In this document: one piece after another, positions 59,894 through 64,000 of the stretch | How the letters are laid out: every line of letters starts with the position of its first letter | Numbering within the stretch: the first letter of the stretch is position 1 | NCBI GenBank assembly: GCA_047638595.1 | Contig: JBLIMJ010000001.1 | Coordinates: 7,768-71,767, forward strand | Direction of reading: 5' to 3' | DNA from: Acidimicrobiales bacterium | GTDB taxonomy: Bacteria > Patescibacteriota > Minisyncoccia > Phycocordibacterales > UBA918 | Length of the DNA stretch: 64,000 bases | The notes under the pieces: model-generated | Databases searched by the model: none | What the model saw: the letters and a program-made list of their open reading frames with translations, nothing else | Told to the model about the DNA's origin: nothing | Position numbers and translations under genes: made by a program

Positions 59894-61340
59894 CAGTGAT
59901 ATTCTTGACCCATCCAAACGTACTTTCGAAGTTTTCTAGAATTAGATCGATAATACTTTTTTCCTGAATCGGAGTGAAGAGTACGAAGTTCTCTGACTGG
60001 ACAGTGTTTTGAGCCTCATCCCAACAGTTTAACCAGAATTGGTACACAGTTGCAGGTGCAAAGTCGACAATCACCTCTACGTGTCGCTCAGCGTAACTAA
60101 TTTCATCAGCCTCGATAACAGTGGGCTCGACTCCTGCGGCGACACCTTCAGTGTAGGCCATCGTGCAATATGCAGGTTCATCTGTTTTCCATTCAACAAT
60201 ACTCTGAATACGGGCAGTATCTCCTGGAAACAGTGTTGATTCGTTGTTTACGTTTGAAATAAGCGGGGGTGCTGTATCACGTACAGTGATAAAGGTCATC
60301 GGCTGACTCTTTACACGATCGCCACCGCTATTTTCAGCGATAACAAACGCTACATACCTAGTTCCTAAAGTTAGATCGGCAATACGCATTTGATGTGTTG
60401 TCGCAAGTGTCGGCCTTCCTTTTGAATTTTGTACACCAGTAGTAAGATCTTGATATTCAATCAAAGCCTTTGCAGGTACCGTTGTTTCCCATGCAAGTGT
60501 TGCTGCATTTTCTTCCACTTTTACAATACGCAAGTTGCGAATATTTGGTAAGGAAGCTTTGGTTTTAAACGTATAATCAAGAGACTCACCTGTGACATTT
60601 AGTGAATCAGTAGATTGTACTTTGAAATGATATTCAGTGAATGCCTCTAGCCCAATAAGCTGTACTTCATGGTTTTTTGCATTTCCATCGGTACTAGATT
60701 GGGAGAATGAGTATGACCCAGGAACATATTCAGCGGCGGAGGAAAAAAGAACTGTTGAGTTAGATTCACGGTCGGTGGTCCACTTAACCAAAGCGCTAAT
60801 GGTTTCAGGGATAACTATAGGTGGACCTACAATAGCGAGAGCATCTGTGATACCTTGAATTGCTTCAATAGTTACATCAAGAATTTCTTGAAGTTGTTCA
60901 ACTTGTGTAATTTGTTTAATATCTTCAATAATTTCCTGTGTGGTACTTTCACTTGATCCAACCCCTGTTCCATCCTGATCTTGTATAATATCACCTGTCT
61001 GTACTTTGTAATCTGCAGAGATACCCTGATTCCCTTCCTCATCTGCAGAAACTACACGGAAGTGATACACGCGATTTGCCTCGAGATCATCAAGTGTAAT
61101 AGAGTGAGTCTGCCTGTCAGATACCGGAAGACGAACGATACCGTAGTCCTCTAAGAGACCGTAGTTCACCAACGAGTCAGCATCTTCATCAGTTTCCCAA
61201 GTAATAGTAATGGACGTCTCAGAGTTATTTACAACCTGCACGTTTGAAAGTTCAGGCGGCACAATATCATCTACTGCTGCATATGCAACAGTAGTGACAG
61301 AAAGAACACTCATCAAAATACCTAAAAGCTTGGCCTTCAT
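59889..61340 (-). CDS. Secreted protein with four FN3-like (purple acid phosphatase N-terminal-type) domains
   Basis: Repeated W.TD....S.V.Y...H...L..L....Y.F.V.S.D pattern; signal peptide. Confidence 0.8.
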   Translation of the reverse strand: MKAKLLGILMSVLSVTTVAYAAVDDIVPPELSNVQVVNNSETSITITWETDEDADSLVNYGLLEDYGIVRLPVSDRQTHSITLDDLEANRVYHFRVVSADEEGNQGISADYKVQTGDIIQDQDGTGVGSSESTTQEIIEDIKQITQVEQLQEILDVTIEAIQGITDALAIVGPPIVIPETISALVKWTTDRESNSTVLFSSAAEYVPGSYSFSQSSTDGNAKNHEVQLIGLEAFTEYHFKVQSTDSLNVTGESLDYTFKTKASLPNIRNLRIVKVEENAATLAWETTVPAKALIEYQDLTTGVQNSKGRPTLATTHQMRIADLTLGTRYVAFVIAENSGGDRVKSQPMTFITVRDTAPPLISNVNNESTLFPGDTARIQSIVEWKTDEPAYCTMAYTEGVAAGVEPTVIEADEISYAERHVEVIVDFAPATVYQFWLNCWDEAQNTVQSENFVLFTPIQEKSIIDLILENFESTFGWVKNITG

Positions 61341-61397
61341 TAGGTTAATCATAGCACTAGTGGTTTATGAAACAGTGAAAGAAGTCCCCAAATATTT

Positions 61398-64000
61398 CTA
61401 AAAAGGACTAATCGGTGTGAATGTAACTCCACCAGTATGTGTTGCACTTGATACACCAAATGGAATTGAGATTCCCCAGAACACATCATCAATAATTGCA
61501 GAGATTGTTGTTGTTGGCTTCGCAAGATCTACCCGGTAACTCGTTGCAGTGGTTGCAAGGGACGTACAACTTACACACAATGGGTAATTGAAGGTACTTG
61601 TAGCAAAGATCTGTTCAGATGCTGGAATACTTGAGTCGTATCCATCAGTCAACGCGGTACCCTCAATATCGATATCAATCTCAACATTACCGAGATTCTC
61701 TAACGTTGACGAAGCATTTATTGCCCCTGTGTCAGAACTTGGTGATAACGAAACATAATTAATTGCATTATTTACATCCAGTGCTCGAAGCGTCTGCACC
61801 TCCACACTCGGGCTGGTACCAAAGCCGTATCCACCCAACACATCTTCTACTTCAAAGAATGCCCACCATTGATTTGCTCCATCAGTATCGGTTGCATCAG
61901 CGTGGTAAAAGAAGTCTGCATAACACATGAGTGTGCAACTATTTCCTGCACAATTACTAAATGAACACTGTGACGACGTAGTCTCTACGTAACAATCGTT
62001 ATTATCAGGCGTACACAACGCCCCCGCTGAGGTGGTATACATAGTTGATGATGCAACTGTCAATTCATTGTACCCGTTGAGGTCTGTTACGGTACTACTT
62101 GCATACACACGTGTGGTTGTTCCTGGAACCAGTGAAATATCAGCCCCATCGTTAAAGGTTACTGCACCAAATGTCGGATCAAACCTCAGTGTCATTTTTG
62201 CAACACTCAAGTAGGTGTCTAATTCAGCACCCCCATCAGTAACCCGTAAACAGATATTTTCATCAAACGCACTTAATGTTGGGGTAATAACATATTCGAG
62301 TTCTGTGTACTCGTCTTGCTCCAAGGTAACCGTACCAGCAGGGTTAGAGGGATCTTCAGTGAGTTTACCACTAGTAAATGTACCATTAGCAATGGAAAGG
62401 AGGTCAGTAGTGCTCTCACCATCGATTACATTACCTGAACTTTGCATACACACCGGTGAGACTCCACAACTTACCTGCGGTGGCACTGCTGCATAGCCAG
62501 CACCATCAACTGCTTCACAACTTGGCGCTACGCCTTGTTCTGCGAATTCAAGAAGGTAAGATGATCCGGCTATCTGTGGTCCAGAATTTTCAACCAACAA
62601 CCGTAAACGTGCAGTGTCTCCAGGACTAAGGTCTGATGTGAACGTATCAATATCAGCGCGCCATGAGGCACCCCCACCAACCTGCTCTGCTCCGAAGTAC
62701 ACAGTCGGCTCAGTATCCACTCTCACTCGTGAGGTGATACCGTCCCAGCCTCCATTGTTAAACCAGTAGGTAAATCCAATACCCCCCTGAGTGTAACTGT
62801 TGTCGTTTGCAGTTGTCGAAGCAACTTCACTTCCATCCTTACTGAGCGTCACAGTGATATTATCGTTGGTCTGCCAGTCAATCTCAACTTCATACCATCC
62901 AGATGTGTATGCAACACTTGTTGACGCGAGTATGGTTCCACTACTGTCTACATCAACTACATTCTTAGCTAATGATATACGGTCAGTACCAGGCACTTGC
63001 TCGGTACACACTGCATAATTATCGTTACCACTTCCTGGATCCTGCACCGCGAACAAAGTACACACTTCATCACCACCACCTGAGGTATCGATATACTGCA
63101 TATAGCGAATAATTTCCCCCTGACTGGTTGTTGCACTTGTATGGTTGTAAATACCATCAATCGCCTGCAATCCTTCGCTACCGGTGTTATCCAACCCGTA
63201 TGACCCACCAAACGCGAATGTTGCGTCTACCGCAAACTTACCCGTGTCTCCAGAGTATTCTGCGATATCTCCATCTTCAAAGTCATCTCCCATAATAAAT
63301 GTCGTATCAATTGAACTAGATGATAGCGCTACTGCGTTCTCATAGTACATAAAGACTGTTGCAATATCATTTGCAGGCAATGTTGGTACCTGCACCCATA
63401 CTGTCGCCGCTACACTAGCGGTGAGAGTCTCTACCCAGAATGGAATCTCCGTCATTCCTGAGTTATCGGTGAAACGAAGATCATCAAATCCAGCCTGCAT
63501 GTCAGCGTCATAAGTTACTTCAATTTTTACTGATGTTGAGCTATATGTGGCTGAATCTTGATTTTGTATACGAACCCTCTTTCTTTTGTCCCAGTTAGTA
63601 TTGAACCATTCTGAGTCTGGTACACCCAGCCCGCCATCGTCATTTCTCCAACGGTAATGTGTCTGTTCTATAAGAAAGCAGAGACTATCGTCCCATCGGA
63701 GGAATCCACAGGCATCCATACCGTCGTCATCAAATGCCTCACCATATATATTTCCGTCAGAGCCGGTGAATTCCCACGTATTATTCGTGGTACCCAATAA
63801 AAGCGCAGCGTTAAACCCAGTAATCGCACCCAGAGTTGAGAAAGCGACATTAGTAAACACCTTAGGTGAATTCGCATTAAGTGCCTCTGCAGACACCGTG
63901 ATCGATGAGCCACTGTCTACAGTGAGTATATACGACCCATTAGATAAATCTGAAATTGTTGGAGTATTACTAATATTAAGACCATAAATATCGGTATTGG
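61398..64000 (-). CDS. Large surface protein (5' end outside window) with DUF2341 domain and C-terminal pilin/WxL-like domain
   Basis: Frame is open to the window end; W...W.KRK...DDLRFTD...IPFWVE...WVQVP...MYY (DUF2341); ends VFWGISIPFG...HTGGVTFTPISPF. Confidence 0.78.
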   Translation of the reverse strand, partial: NTDIYGLNISNTPTISDLSNGSYILTVDSGSSITVSAEALNANSPKVFTNVAFSTLGAITGFNAALLLGTTNNTWEFTGSDGNIYGEAFDDDGMDACGFLRWDDSLCFLIEQTHYRWRNDDGGLGVPDSEWFNTNWDKRKRVRIQNQDSATYSSTSVKIEVTYDADMQAGFDDLRFTDNSGMTEIPFWVETLTASVAATVWVQVPTLPANDIATVFMYYENAVALSSSSIDTTFIMGDDFEDGDIAEYSGDTGKFAVDATFAFGGSYGLDNTGSEGLQAIDGIYNHTSATTSQGEIIRYMQYIDTSGGGDEVCTLFAVQDPGSGNDNYAVCTEQVPGTDRISLAKNVVDVDSSGTILASTSVAYTSGWYEVEIDWQTNDNITVTLSKDGSEVASTTANDNSYTQGGIGFTYWFNNGGWDGITSRVRVDTEPTVYFGAEQVGGGASWRADIDTFTSDLSPGDTARLRLLVENSGPQIAGSSYLLEFAEQGVAPSCEAVDGAGYAAVPPQVSCGVSPVCMQSSGNVIDGESTTDLLSIANGTFTSGKLTEDPSNPAGTVTLEQDEYTELEYVITPTLSAFDENICLRVTDGGAELDTYLSVAKMTLRFDPTFGAVTFNDGADISLVPGTTTRVYASSTVTDLNGYNELTVASSTMYTTSAGALCTPDNNDCYVETTSSQCSFSNCAGNSCTLMCYADFFYHADATDTDGANQWWAFFEVEDVLGGYGFGTSPSVEVQTLRALDVNNAINYVSLSPSSDTGAINASSTLENLGNVEIDIDIEGTALTDGYDSSIPASEQIFATSTFNYPLCVSCTSLATTATSYRVDLAKPTTTISAIIDDVFWGISIPFGVSSATHTGGVTFTPISPF

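Overview
64 kb of a gene-dense, moderately AT-rich bacterial chromosome using the standard genetic code. Its gene content (type IV pilus cluster without a secretin, cohesin/dockerin and DUF916-like surface genes, Fe-S-less MutY, no biosynthetic operons in view) resembles Patescibacteria/CPR (Parcubacteria-like); that assignment is inference. 1-18 kb is mostly housekeeping: DUF3137-htpX-lemA, groEL/groES, secG, an OppA-like binding protein, RNase J, an MFS transporter, two HIT-like paralogs, MutY, and a CcdA/TlpA/DsbA/DUF3179 thiol-redox cluster. 18-28 kb and 46-64 kb hold a large minus-strand cell-surface system: four proteins ending in a WxL/pilin-like beta-sandwich (one carries an ice-binding DUF3494 tip, another a DUF2341 insert), three DUF916-like membrane-anchored chaperone-like proteins, three cohesin-like and two dockerin proteins, an FN3 protein and a MacB-type ABC exporter. 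Between the halves sit a type IV pilus operon (28-36 kb) and an AT-rich signalling island (36-46 kb) with a methyltransferase, a hemolysin/GNAT-like synthase, a 7TM kinase and Cache sensors. A RAYT-like HUH transposase flanked by REP-like palindromes lies at 52 kb, with related palindromes elsewhere. No rRNA, tRNA or CRISPR array was seen. All family calls come from motif recognition by eye, not database searches.
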